This document shows, one piece after another, positions 48,107-56,727 of a stretch of DNA of 64,000 nucleotides. Origin of the DNA: Candidatus Forterrea multitransposorum CG_2015-17_Forterrea_25_41 (GTDB lineage Archaea; Iainarchaeota; Iainarchaeia; Iainarchaeales; CSSED10-239); assembly GCA_009392915.1 (NCBI GenBank), contig CP045477.1:256001-320000 (forward strand), in the 5' to 3' direction. Each line of letters begins with the position of its first letter. Position 1 is the stretch's first letter. The notes beneath the pieces are model-generated. The model ran no database searches and was not told where the DNA came from. It was given only the letters and a program-made list of their open reading frames with translations. Both the position numbers and the translations under genes were made by a program.

Positions 48107-48346
48107 ATGGCTGTAAAAAAGAAAGTAGTTGCAAAAAAAGCACCTGCTAAAAAAGCTGTTGTTAAGAAAAAAGCACCTGTTAAAAAAGTAGTTGCTAAAA
48201 AAGCACCAGCTAAAAAAGTAGTTGCAAAAAAAGCACCTGCTAAAAAAGCTGTTGTTAAAAAAGCACCTGCTAAAAAAGTAGTTGCTAAAAAAGCACCAGC
48301 TAAAAAAGTAGTTAAAAAGAAAGCACCTGCTAAAAAGAAAAAATAG
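48107..48346 (+). CDS. Lys/Ala-rich tandem-repeat basic protein (79 aa), with about 6 copies of the KKAPAKKVVA repeat. Histone-H1-tail-like or Hc1-like candidate nucleoid protein.
   Basis: Strong SD GGAGGGAG 8 nt upstream. Protein consists almost entirely of AKKAPAKK(A/V)VV units. 30-nt periodicity at the DNA level. Confidence 0.7.
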   Translation: MAVKKKVVAKKAPAKKAVVKKKAPVKKVVAKKAPAKKVVAKKAPAKKAVVKKAPAKKVVAKKAPAKKVVKKKAPAKKKK

Positions 48347-48476
48347 GTGTCATCTTTATTTAATAACTATTTTATTTTAATAAGTCTTTTTTTATAAAAG
48401 GCTTATTTTTTCTATTTTTTTAATATTTTCTTTTAAAAAATATATTTAAATACCTTAATATCTATCTATATATATC

Positions 48477-49604
48477 ATGATTAAAAATATAACTTTATTA
48501 GGTTCAAATAATGATATTGGTATTAAGACAATTGAGTTTTTAAAAAACAATACTAATAAGTTTAAAATCTATTCTCTTTCTTATGACTCTAAGGTAGATA
48601 ATCTTGATTTTTTTATATCTCAAATAAAAGATGTTTCTCCAAAGAAAGTTTTTATACCTTTAGAAAAAGATGCTGAATATATAGAATCTAAAACTAAGGT
48701 TGAGATAATTACAGGTACTGAAAATTTTCCTGAGTTTATAAAATCAAATGAAATTGATCAAGTAATTTCTTCTTTATCAGGACTTTCAAGTGTTAAAAAA
48801 ATATTATCAACTATTTATGAGTTTAAAGATATTACTTTACTTAATACATCTCCTTTTCTATATTGTGGAAGAATAATTACAAATGAAGTTAAATCAAAAG
48901 GAGTAAATTTTAATATTTTTTCATATCCAGTTTATTCTTTAGATTTTATTTTAAAATCTTCAAATATTAATTTTATTAAAAATATTAATTTATTTACAAA
49001 ACAAAAAAACAAAAAAGAAAAAATAACTATTAATGATTATAAAGATTTTGGAAGTTATCTTAAAGCATATTATTCTGAAAATAATATAAGACTTGTAAAT
49101 GATATGTTTATTATTTATTATTTATATAATATTCCAATAGATAATTTTAATTTTTATGAACAATCAGAAAGAATAATAAATATTGAAATAAAATTTTTAA
49201 ATGGTACAAGTGTTTTCTTTAAAGCAAATCTAGATATAGATAGTATTTTTAATTATTATTTTTTAGATAATGAAAAAATAGTTGAAAATAAAGAAAAAGA
49301 TCTTGATAAAATATCTTTTTCATATAAAAAAATAGATCCAACTAAAGAAAAGTTTTTAAGTTTAGGTATAGAAACTTTAAAAAAAGGTGGTTCTTTTCCA
49401 ATAATCTATTATATAACAATTGAAACATTACTTTATTATATTTATAAAAGAAAAATTAAAGAAAACATAGATATTTATAAAATTGTTAAAGAATTTTTAG
49501 AAGACAAAACACTTTATGATAAATTCCCTGATTTAAGTTCTGTTTATGCTATTGATAATAAGATAAATGAAAAAATCAAAAATAAATTTAATATTAAAAA
49601 CTAA
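48477..49604 (+). CDS. Dxr (1-deoxy-D-xylulose-5-phosphate reductoisomerase)-fold homolog with degenerate NADPH-binding and catalytic residues. Probable non-catalytic or repurposed Dxr-like protein.
   Basis: N-terminal 160 aa are colinear with bacterial Dxr. ITLLGSNNDIG matches ILGSTGSIG. DQVISSLSGLSSVKKILSTI matches DxVxAIVGAAGLxPTLAAI. KDITLLNTSPFLYCGRII matches KTILLANKESLVTCGRLF. IFSYPVYSLDFIL matches LLPVDSEHNAIFQSL. Spacing is conserved (LLNTSP at aa 121-126). The comparison is from memory of E. coli Dxr, not a database search. Confidence 0.5.
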   Translation: MIKNITLLGSNNDIGIKTIEFLKNNTNKFKIYSLSYDSKVDNLDFFISQIKDVSPKKVFIPLEKDAEYIESKTKVEIITGTENFPEFIKSNEIDQVISSLSGLSSVKKILSTIYEFKDITLLNTSPFLYCGRIITNEVKSKGVNFNIFSYPVYSLDFILKSSNINFIKNINLFTKQKNKKEKITINDYKDFGSYLKAYYSENNIRLVNDMFIIYYLYNIPIDNFNFYEQSERIINIEIKFLNGTSVFFKANLDIDSIFNYYFLDNEKIVENKEKDLDKISFSYKKIDPTKEKFLSLGIETLKKGGSFPIIYYITIETLLYYIYKRKIKENIDIYKIVKEFLEDKTLYDKFPDLSSVYAIDNKINEKIKNKFNIKN

Positions 49605-50380
49605 ATTGATTCTTCATAAATTATAATTCCAGCATTACTTTTTTCTTTAGCTTCTTTTAAAAGATTTTTATTTTCTTCAATATATTTAACACCATAGTTT
49701 GCAACTACATGCCCAAAACAGTATTTATTATTTATATTAAAGGTAAGTCTATTAAATCTTGTACAATAATGACTTCCTCCAACACCAACAGCTTCAATCC
49801 ATTGATTTTTATTTTTAATTTCTTCTTTGTTATAATCTTTAATATTTTCTATTAAGATTTTAATCATATATTTTGAAACTAATTTATTTGTCCAATCATT
49901 TTCACAAGATCCTATTTCATAAAATAAAGTTGGTTCTTCAAGATATGGTCCATGATGCGTTGCTTCTTGTTTAATTTCATATTCTTTTATTTCTTTAGGT
50001 TTATTTTTTTTTAATTCTATTAAAAGTAATCTCATTAATATTGGGTCAGCTTTTACAACTGCATGATCTTTTCCACCTAATTCTGCAATTCCCCAATTAC
50101 CGATTGCATGTACTGTCATACATTTAGGTTTATTTTCAGAAAGAGTAGAATGTCTTGACAAAAAGATAATTTGATCATATTTTTTTTCTCCAACAATATT
50201 TTTTTCTGAAGAATAAATATGTGTTTCTGATATTTCTTTGAAGAATATTTCGTTTTTACTTTCAATATTTATTTTATAGATTTTATCATCTATTTTTTCT
50301 AAAGAATAATAATTAAACAATTCTTCCTTAAGATTAATTGAAGCTAAATCTTCTTTTGAAGTAATTATTAAAATTTTCAT
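49601..50380 (-). CDS. dtdA: D-aminoacyl-tRNA deacylase, archaeal DTD2/DtdA-type.
   Basis: N-terminus MKILIITSKEDLASINLKEEL plus internal SRHS, TVHAIGNW...GG, ATHHGP and GVGGSHY motifs match the tRNA_deacylase (PF04414) pattern as recalled. Convergent with the upstream gene, overlapping by 4 nt. Confidence 0.55.
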   Translation of the reverse strand: MKILIITSKEDLASINLKEELFNYYSLEKIDDKIYKINIESKNEIFFKEISETHIYSSEKNIVGEKKYDQIIFLSRHSTLSENKPKCMTVHAIGNWGIAELGGKDHAVVKADPILMRLLLIELKKNKPKEIKEYEIKQEATHHGPYLEEPTLFYEIGSCENDWTNKLVSKYMIKILIENIKDYNKEEIKNKNQWIEAVGVGGSHYCTRFNRLTFNINNKYCFGHVVANYGVKYIEENKNLLKEAKEKSNAGIIIYEESI

Positions 50381-50491
50381 AAAATTTACACCTTTTTTTC
50401 CAAAAGTTATTTAAATATATTTAAGTATATATATATAATAGACATAAATAATTATAAATTGTTTAGTATATTTAAAAGAAGGTGAATTTAA

Positions 50492-50845
50492 ATGATAAAT
50501 ATTACAAACTCTCTATTTCCGTTTAGATTAAACATTAATGAAAAAAACCCAATAGAATTAACTTTAAAAATAAAAAATATGGGTGTTGAAGATAAATTTA
50601 TAAGTTATGATGTAATTTTAGAAAGAACTCTTTCTTTTGATAAAAGTGGTCTTAAAAAATCAGTTTCAATAAGACACGGAACTTTAAAACCAGATGAAAC
50701 TATATCTGAAAAATTAGACATTTTTCCTTTCCAAGGTATTAAAGCAGGAGACCATAGAGTTTTAGTTATTGTTAACGAACATTATTTAGATTATACTTCT
50801 TTAAAACAAAAAACAGAGAAAGTAATTATCATTAGATCCTTCTAA
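50492..50845 (+). CDS. Hypothetical protein (117 aa).
   Basis: ORF with an upstream AAGGTGAA RBS-like motif. No motif recognised. Confidence 0.4.
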   Translation: MINITNSLFPFRLNINEKNPIELTLKIKNMGVEDKFISYDVILERTLSFDKSGLKKSVSIRHGTLKPDETISEKLDIFPFQGIKAGDHRVLVIVNEHYLDYTSLKQKTEKVIIIRSF

Positions 50846-50899
50846 TTTTTTTATTATTTTTTATTTTAAATAAAATCAATATAAAAAACTGAATAAAAT

Positions 50900-52078
50900 A
50901 TGTCCTTTATATATACTTGTCTTGAAAAATTATCTATTTTTCAAAAAAAATATAAATATTTAATTTTATTAATAACTATACTTATAACTATTTTCTTTAT
51001 ATTAGGTGTTCCAAAAATACAAATGGAAACTGATTTTTCAAAAATGTCTCCTTCAGAACTTGATATCTTTAAATTAAATGAAAAAATAACAGATAAGTTT
51101 GGAGGTTCTGATGTTGTTGTAATTATTTTAAAATATAATGATTCTTTTAATTCAAGTTTTAAAGAATATGATATCAGAAATATTGATGTTATAAATTATT
51201 TAGAAGAACTAGAAACTGAATTTAGAAAAGAAAGTCAAGTTAACACAGTAATTTCTGCATCAACTTATCTTTCTATGTTTTCTTTAAACTCAAATGAAGA
51301 TGTAATTAATTCTATTGATTTACTGCCAGGAATATCAGATTTTTTTAGTAAAGATTATAAAACAACAATTTTGTATTTAACTTCTGATTTATCTGGAAGT
51401 CAAGATAAAACAATTGCTTTTACTGAAATGATTAATGAAAAAATAAATCTTGTAAACAAACCAACTGGTATTGATGTTATGGTTACAGGAACAGCTCCTG
51501 TAGGTGTTACAGTTTTAGATATTTTAGGTAAAGATGCTGTTAAAACATTAATTTATGCGATTATTATTATATTATTTTTATTATTTATTACAGAAGCTTC
51601 TTTTTCAAGAGGTTTTTTAGTATTTTCTCCAATATTTTTAGGTGTTATTTGGACTATTGGAACAATGGGTTGGCTTTCAATTAAACTTTCAGTTGCAACT
51701 GTTGGAATTGGTGCAATGATTTTAGGTTTAGGTGTAGAGTATGGAGTTTTTATGACTTCAAGATACAGAGAAGAAAGAAATAAAGGAAAAACACAAGAAG
51801 AATCCTTAAAAGTTACTGTTCCTTCAATAGGTTCTTCAATTTTAGGTTCTGGCCTTACAACTATTGTTGGTTTCTTAGCATTAACTTTTTCAATTATGCC
51901 AGTTTTAAAAGATCTTGGTAATTCTCTTGCAATTGGAATTGGTTTTAGTTTATTTATTGCAATTTTTATTTCTCCAAGTCTTATAATTCTCTTTGAAGAC
52001 TTTACTTTTTGGTTCTCTAAAAAGATGCATGATACTTATAAAAATATCACTGATAAACAAGGAAGGTTGATAAAATGA
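50900..52078 (+). CDS. RND-superfamily (MMPL/SecDF-like) half-size membrane protein: 1 TM, a large extracytoplasmic loop, then 5 TM.
   Basis: N-terminal TM LILLITILITIFFILG. C-terminal TM bundle GLGVEYGVFMTSRYREE...LTTIVGFLALTFS is typical of the RND/MMPL/SecDF transmembrane domain. Confidence 0.65.
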   Translation: MSFIYTCLEKLSIFQKKYKYLILLITILITIFFILGVPKIQMETDFSKMSPSELDIFKLNEKITDKFGGSDVVVIILKYNDSFNSSFKEYDIRNIDVINYLEELETEFRKESQVNTVISASTYLSMFSLNSNEDVINSIDLLPGISDFFSKDYKTTILYLTSDLSGSQDKTIAFTEMINEKINLVNKPTGIDVMVTGTAPVGVTVLDILGKDAVKTLIYAIIIILFLLFITEASFSRGFLVFSPIFLGVIWTIGTMGWLSIKLSVATVGIGAMILGLGVEYGVFMTSRYREERNKGKTQEESLKVTVPSIGSSILGSGLTTIVGFLALTFSIMPVLKDLGNSLAIGIGFSLFIAIFISPSLIILFEDFTFWFSKKMHDTYKNITDKQGRLIK

Positions 52079-53301
52079 GTTGGTATGATAAACCTTTGAG
52101 CAGGTATTCTTATTTTGTATCTCATAGACCTTATCTTGTAATACTAATTGTTATTATACTTATTATTTTTGCAATGTATTTTTCATCAAAAGTAGAATAT
52201 GTTAATTTTAGTAATTCTGATATGGTTCCTGATAATTATGAAGTTGTAAAAGCATTTAATCTTTTAGAAGATACTTTTGGAAATCCATCAAGTATTTTAA
52301 TTGCAATTGAACTTGATGATTCTTTTCAAGGTTATAATAAAGTAAATGATCTTAGAGATTATAAAGTTATTGAATATATTGATGTAATTTCTCAATATAT
52401 TGAAAACACAGATTATATTTTGGAAGTTTCAAGTATTTCAACAGCTGTAAAAGAAGTTAATAATGGAATAATTCCTAAATCTAATCTAGAAATTAATAAA
52501 CTTATTAGTAATAATTTTATTTTTGAAAATATAATTAGTAAAGATTATTCAATGACATTAATTAGAATTTCTTTAACTGATGATTTCAGTGAAGAAGATA
52601 ATGCTGAAGAAGTTGTTTTTAATCTTGAAAAAATAATTTCATCAATAGATGACCCTAATATAGGTCTTAATGTTAATGTAGCAGGAGAAATTTCAGCAGG
52701 ACCAATTGTTGAAAGAGAAATTGGACCTGATATGCAAAAGACAAGTAGTTATTCTATATATGGAATAATTATTTTATTAATATTTATATTTGTAGTTGGA
52801 GAAGTAATTTCTTCATTTAATAAAAAACAATCAAAAAAAATAAAAATTTTAACAGTTCTTGGTTCAATAAGGTTTGGACTTATTCCTCTTTCAACAATAT
52901 TAATTGGAGTAATTTGGACTTTTGGATATCTTGGACTTGTTAAAATGGGTCTTTCTTCAATTACTTCAGGAGTAATTTCAATGATTATGGGTATTGGAAT
53001 TGATTTTGGTATCCAGACAGTTATGAGATTTAAACAAGAAATAAAAGATAAAACTCCTGAAAAAGCAATGGAAGAAACCATGAAAAATGTTTTTATTCCA
53101 ATGGCAACAACAACTATTGCTGCATTAATTGGTTTTAAAGCAATGTCAATGGGAGAATTAACTTTACTTCAAGATTTAGGGAAAATGATGAGTTATGGAG
53201 TTACTGCTTGTTTTTTTGCAGCAATAACATTTGTTCCAGCAATTTTAGTTGTTTTGGAAAAATGGATTTTATCTTTAAAAGTAAAATTTAAAAAGAAATG
53301 A
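52075..53301 (+). CDS. RND-superfamily (MMPL/SecDF-like) half-size membrane protein, second of an adjacent pair (ATGA overlap).
   Basis: N-terminal TM LVILIVIILIIFAMYF. C-terminal 5-TM region with GIGIDFGIQTVMRFKQE...ATTTIAALIGF. Confidence 0.65.
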   Translation: MSWYDKPLSRYSYFVSHRPYLVILIVIILIIFAMYFSSKVEYVNFSNSDMVPDNYEVVKAFNLLEDTFGNPSSILIAIELDDSFQGYNKVNDLRDYKVIEYIDVISQYIENTDYILEVSSISTAVKEVNNGIIPKSNLEINKLISNNFIFENIISKDYSMTLIRISLTDDFSEEDNAEEVVFNLEKIISSIDDPNIGLNVNVAGEISAGPIVEREIGPDMQKTSSYSIYGIIILLIFIFVVGEVISSFNKKQSKKIKILTVLGSIRFGLIPLSTILIGVIWTFGYLGLVKMGLSSITSGVISMIMGIGIDFGIQTVMRFKQEIKDKTPEKAMEETMKNVFIPMATTTIAALIGFKAMSMGELTLLQDLGKMMSYGVTACFFAAITFVPAILVVLEKWILSLKVKFKKK

Positions 53302-53332
53302 AATATTTTTAAAAAAAAAGGTGTGATTAAAT

Positions 53333-54583
53333 ATGAATAAAAAATATATGCTTATAGTTTTGGTTTTATTAACAATGATTTTAATAAAGCCAATTTATGC
53401 AAATGATTTAGATGTAGTTAAATTATCTGCAAATTTGCAAAATCAAGATCCAGATCCTGCAGTTCCTGGAGAATACTTAGAACTAAGATTTAATGTTTAT
53501 AAAACAGGTAATAATTCTGCAGAAAATATTCAATTTTACTTAGATGTTGAACATCCTTTATCATTTGATTTATCAGATACTCCTGATAGAAATATTTCTT
53601 TATGGAAAGGTCAATCAGGAGATGATTGGTATTATACTCTTTACTATAAAGTTTTAGTTGATTCTTTAGCTTTAGAAGGAGATTATGAAATTTCATTAAG
53701 ATATAAATATAATGATATAGATGTATGGAATATTGAAAAATTTAATATTAGAGTTGATAATAAAGAAGTCCCTAATTTTGTTTTTGGAAATTTATTAACA
53801 ACTCCTAGAAAACTTTTAAGTGGTCAAGAAGAAGCAAAAATAGATATTGATTTATTAAATATTGGAAAAGGGGATGCAGAAAATGTAATTCTAGAAGTAA
53901 ATCTTCCAGAAGGGTTTAATCCTACATATGCATATTCAGATAGAATTAATTTAGGGAATATTGATGCTTCTCAAAATAAAACTGGATCAATATATCTTGA
54001 TATTGATGATGAAATCAAATCAGGAATATATCAAGCTAAAGTTAAGGTAAAATATATTGAAGAAAGCGATTCTAAAAAAGAATTAAAAGAAAAAGAAATG
54101 ATTTTAGAAATTCCTGTTAAAGCAAAACCATATCTTAAAGTTACAAGTCAAGAAGTTTTAAATGAAACAAAAACTATATTTCCTGGACAAACTATTGACA
54201 TTAAGATAAATGTTAAAAACTTTGGAGATAAAGATGCAGAATCAGTTTCTTTAAGAGTTTTAAAAGATTCTTCTCATCCTTTTGATTTAGTTGAAAAATC
54301 TGATTTTATAGGTAATTTAGAATCTTTGCAAGAAGGTGAGGCTGTAATATCTATAGAAGTTGATCCTAATGCAAATTTAAAAGAATATAAATTAAATGTA
54401 GAAATTAGATCTATATCTGAAAATACAGTATTTATTGATGATGATTCAATTATTTTAAAAGTTGTTTCTGAAGATAAAAATAAAAATAATTTATTGATTC
54501 CTATTTTAGTAGTCTTATTTTTATTAGCTGGTTTGATTTATTATATATCAATTAAGAAAAAAAATAAAAAAGGAAAAAAATAA
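53333..54583 (+). CDS. Secreted surface protein with 3-4 CARDB-like repeats and a C-terminal TM anchor plus Lys-rich tail.
   Basis: Signal-peptide-like MLIVLVLLTMILIKPIYA. Repeats NxGxxxAENVxLxVxLP (YKTGNNSAENIQFYLDV, NIGKGDAENVILEVNLPEGF, NFGDKDAESVSLRVL). C-terminal LLIPILVVLFLLAGLIYYISIKKKNKKGKK. Confidence 0.6.
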   Translation: MNKKYMLIVLVLLTMILIKPIYANDLDVVKLSANLQNQDPDPAVPGEYLELRFNVYKTGNNSAENIQFYLDVEHPLSFDLSDTPDRNISLWKGQSGDDWYYTLYYKVLVDSLALEGDYEISLRYKYNDIDVWNIEKFNIRVDNKEVPNFVFGNLLTTPRKLLSGQEEAKIDIDLLNIGKGDAENVILEVNLPEGFNPTYAYSDRINLGNIDASQNKTGSIYLDIDDEIKSGIYQAKVKVKYIEESDSKKELKEKEMILEIPVKAKPYLKVTSQEVLNETKTIFPGQTIDIKINVKNFGDKDAESVSLRVLKDSSHPFDLVEKSDFIGNLESLQEGEAVISIEVDPNANLKEYKLNVEIRSISENTVFIDDDSIILKVVSEDKNKNNLLIPILVVLFLLAGLIYYISIKKKNKKGKK

Positions 54584-54593
54584 GTGATATTAT

Positions 54594-54920
54594 ATGTTTT
54601 CACATCAATTAAAAATAACTAAGAGTAGATTATATTTTGCTCTTACTTTTATTTTTGTTCTTCTTTTAATTGGTACTTTATTATTTAGTAATATAGAAGA
54701 ATGGTCTTTTGTAGATTCTTTTTATTTCTCTACAGCAACTTTAACAACTGTTGGGTATGGAGATTTAGTTCCTACTCATAATTTAAGTAAGATATTAACT
54801 TCAATATATACTCTTTTAGGTGTAGGTACATTCTTGTATTCTATAGGTATAGTTGCAGAATTTTATTTCTATAAGAGATTTACAATACTAAATAAAAAAA
54901 TAGAAAAAAGAAAGAAGTAG
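54594..54920 (+). CDS. Minimal two-TM potassium channel (108 aa) with a TVGYGD selectivity filter.
   Basis: TM1 LYFALTFIFVLLLIGTLLF. Pore helix plus filter FYFSTATLTTVGYGDLVP. TM2 ILTSIYTLLGVGTFLYSIGIVAEFYF. Confidence 0.8.
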   Translation: MFSHQLKITKSRLYFALTFIFVLLLIGTLLFSNIEEWSFVDSFYFSTATLTTVGYGDLVPTHNLSKILTSIYTLLGVGTFLYSIGIVAEFYFYKRFTILNKKIEKRKK

Positions 54921-54923
54921 AAT

Positions 54924-55613
54924 TTACTTCTTTTTAACTTCTTTTCTTTTTGTAATATAGGTTTCCATAAGTTTACTTGAATAATTCTTTACAGATCCAC
55001 TTAAACCTATACCAATTGCAATTGCGAAAGCTAAAACTACTCCACCTAATATTATTAGAAGTATAGCTTCAATAAATTGTATTTGTACACCTATTTGTCT
55101 TAAAGCAATATTTAAAATTAATATTATGATGATTGCTTGAACAATTTCTGATATTATTTTTGAAAATTTGTGATCTTTTGAAACATGTATACTTCTTGCA
55201 ACAATTTCTGAAAGAACAAGTCCTACAATTGTTAATATTATTGCAAATATTAAATGTGGTATCCACATTGCAAATTTTGTTAATAAATCAGTTAAAACAT
55301 TTATTTTTATTAAACTTGCAGCTGGAGCTAAGAATACTATGAATATACCCCATAAAATTAATTGTTTAATAATTTTTGAAAGTTTAATATGTAATAATAC
55401 GTTTGAAAAATCATTTTTTTTTACCCAATTATCAATTTTCCATTTAGTGATAATTTTGTAAACTATGTGAGCAACTAAAAGACCTATTAGATAACCTATA
55501 ATTATTACAACCAATGCTCCAATAATTCCAGGAATATTTTGAACAATAGATTGCCAAATTGCTTCTAATGGGTTTAATGTAGCTTGCCCAACTTCAACTA
55601 GTGTGCTAACCAT
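54924..55613 (-). CDS. Polytopic membrane protein (229 aa), possibly related to the conserved TM-helix family linked to mechanosensitive channels.
   Basis: At least 5 hydrophobic helices. N-terminal pattern ...NIPGIIGALVVIIIGYLIGLLVAHIVYKII resembles the conserved TM_helix repeat of MscS-like proteins (weak match). Confidence 0.4.
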   Translation of the reverse strand: MVSTLVEVGQATLNPLEAIWQSIVQNIPGIIGALVVIIIGYLIGLLVAHIVYKIITKWKIDNWVKKNDFSNVLLHIKLSKIIKQLILWGIFIVFLAPAASLIKINVLTDLLTKFAMWIPHLIFAIILTIVGLVLSEIVARSIHVSKDHKFSKIISEIVQAIIIILILNIALRQIGVQIQFIEAILLIILGGVVLAFAIAIGIGLSGSVKNYSSKLMETYITKRKEVKKK

Positions 55614-55731
55614 TTTTTAAAACCTCCTTGTAAGTTTAAAAATAATACATATATATTTAAAGAATATGTTTAAAAATACATTTATTTACTATATTTTTTA
55701 AATATTAACATTATTTTTATTTTGATTAGCT

Positions 55732-56727
55732 ATGAAAAAAGAAAATAAAACAATTATTTCTATTAAAGGTTTAAAAAAAACATTTAAAACAAAAGTTACA
55801 AAACCTGGCATGAGTGGTATTTTTAGAAATATATTTTCTCCAGATTATAAATATATAAAAGCTGTTGATAATATTTCTTTAGATATTAAAAAAGGAGAGC
55901 TTGTTTCTTTTATTGGTCCAAATGGTGCTGGTAAATCAACTACTTTAAAGATGCTTTCAGGTATTCTTTTTCCTGATTCTGGAAAAATAAAGATTCTAGG
56001 TAAAGATCCTTCAAAAAAAAGAAAAGAACTTTCTTATGATATTGGAACTATTTTTGGACAGAAACCACAGTTATGGTTTCATCTTCCACCAATAGATAGT
56101 TTTAATTTATTTGCAAAAATTTACGATATTGATCAAACAATCTATAAAGAAAGACTTGATAATTTAATAAATCTTTTTGAAATATCTGATATTATTAATC
56201 AACCTGTAAGAAAATTATCTCTAGGTCAAAGAATGAGGTGTGAGTTTGTTTTAGCTTTACTTCATAATCCAAAAATATTATTTCTAGATGAACCAACTAT
56301 AGGTATGGATATTATTGTTAAAAAAACAATGAGAGAATTGATTAAAAAGATTAATGAAAAGGAAAAAACAACAATTATTTTAACAAGTCATGATATAGGA
56401 GATATTGAAAATATATCAACAAGGCTTGTTATCATTAATCATGGTGAGATTGTTTATGATGGGGATTTTAAAAATATTAAACAAAAATATCTTTCAAAAA
56501 AGTTATTAAAGATTACAACTGAAGATAAGATTGATGAAAAAGATTTTAAAGATTTAACTGTTATAAAAAAATCAAAGTACTATATTGAGTTTGAAATTGA
56601 AACACATAAATTTCCTTTAAAGAAAGTAATTGATTTTTTGTTTACTAAATATAAGATAACAGATATTGGCATAAATGAAATGCCTATTGAAGATGTTATT
56701 GAAGAGATTTATAGAGATCAAAGATGA
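55732..56727 (+). CDS. ABC transporter ATP-binding protein (ABC-2 type).
   Basis: Walker A GPNGAGKST. Signature LSLGQRMR. Walker B LFLDEPTIGMD. H-loop TSHD. Confidence 0.9.
   Translation: MKKENKTIISIKGLKKTFKTKVTKPGMSGIFRNIFSPDYKYIKAVDNISLDIKKGELVSFIGPNGAGKSTTLKMLSGILFPDSGKIKILGKDPSKKRKELSYDIGTIFGQKPQLWFHLPPIDSFNLFAKIYDIDQTIYKERLDNLINLFEISDIINQPVRKLSLGQRMRCEFVLALLHNPKILFLDEPTIGMDIIVKKTMRELIKKINEKEKTTIILTSHDIGDIENISTRLVIINHGEIVYDGDFKNIKQKYLSKKLLKITTEDKIDEKDFKDLTVIKKSKYYIEFEIETHKFPLKKVIDFLFTKYKITDIGINEMPIEDVIEEIYRDQR

Noticed and set aside
48107-48346. 30-nt periodic DNA repeat considered as a possible CRISPR or minisatellite array
   Set aside because: The repeats are in-frame inside an ORF with a strong SD and encode a coherent KKAPAKKVVA protein repeat. 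There are no unique spacers and no cas genes, so it is a coding tandem repeat, not CRISPR. No CRISPR array was seen anywhere in the window.
50900-53301. Interpreting the two RND-like genes as a single frameshifted full-length MMPL gene
   Set aside because: Each half has its own N-terminal TM plus loop plus 5-TM unit and its own start codon. The 4-nt ATGA overlap is a typical coupled-gene junction rather than a frameshift within a domain. Two-gene SecD/SecF-like organisation is normal.
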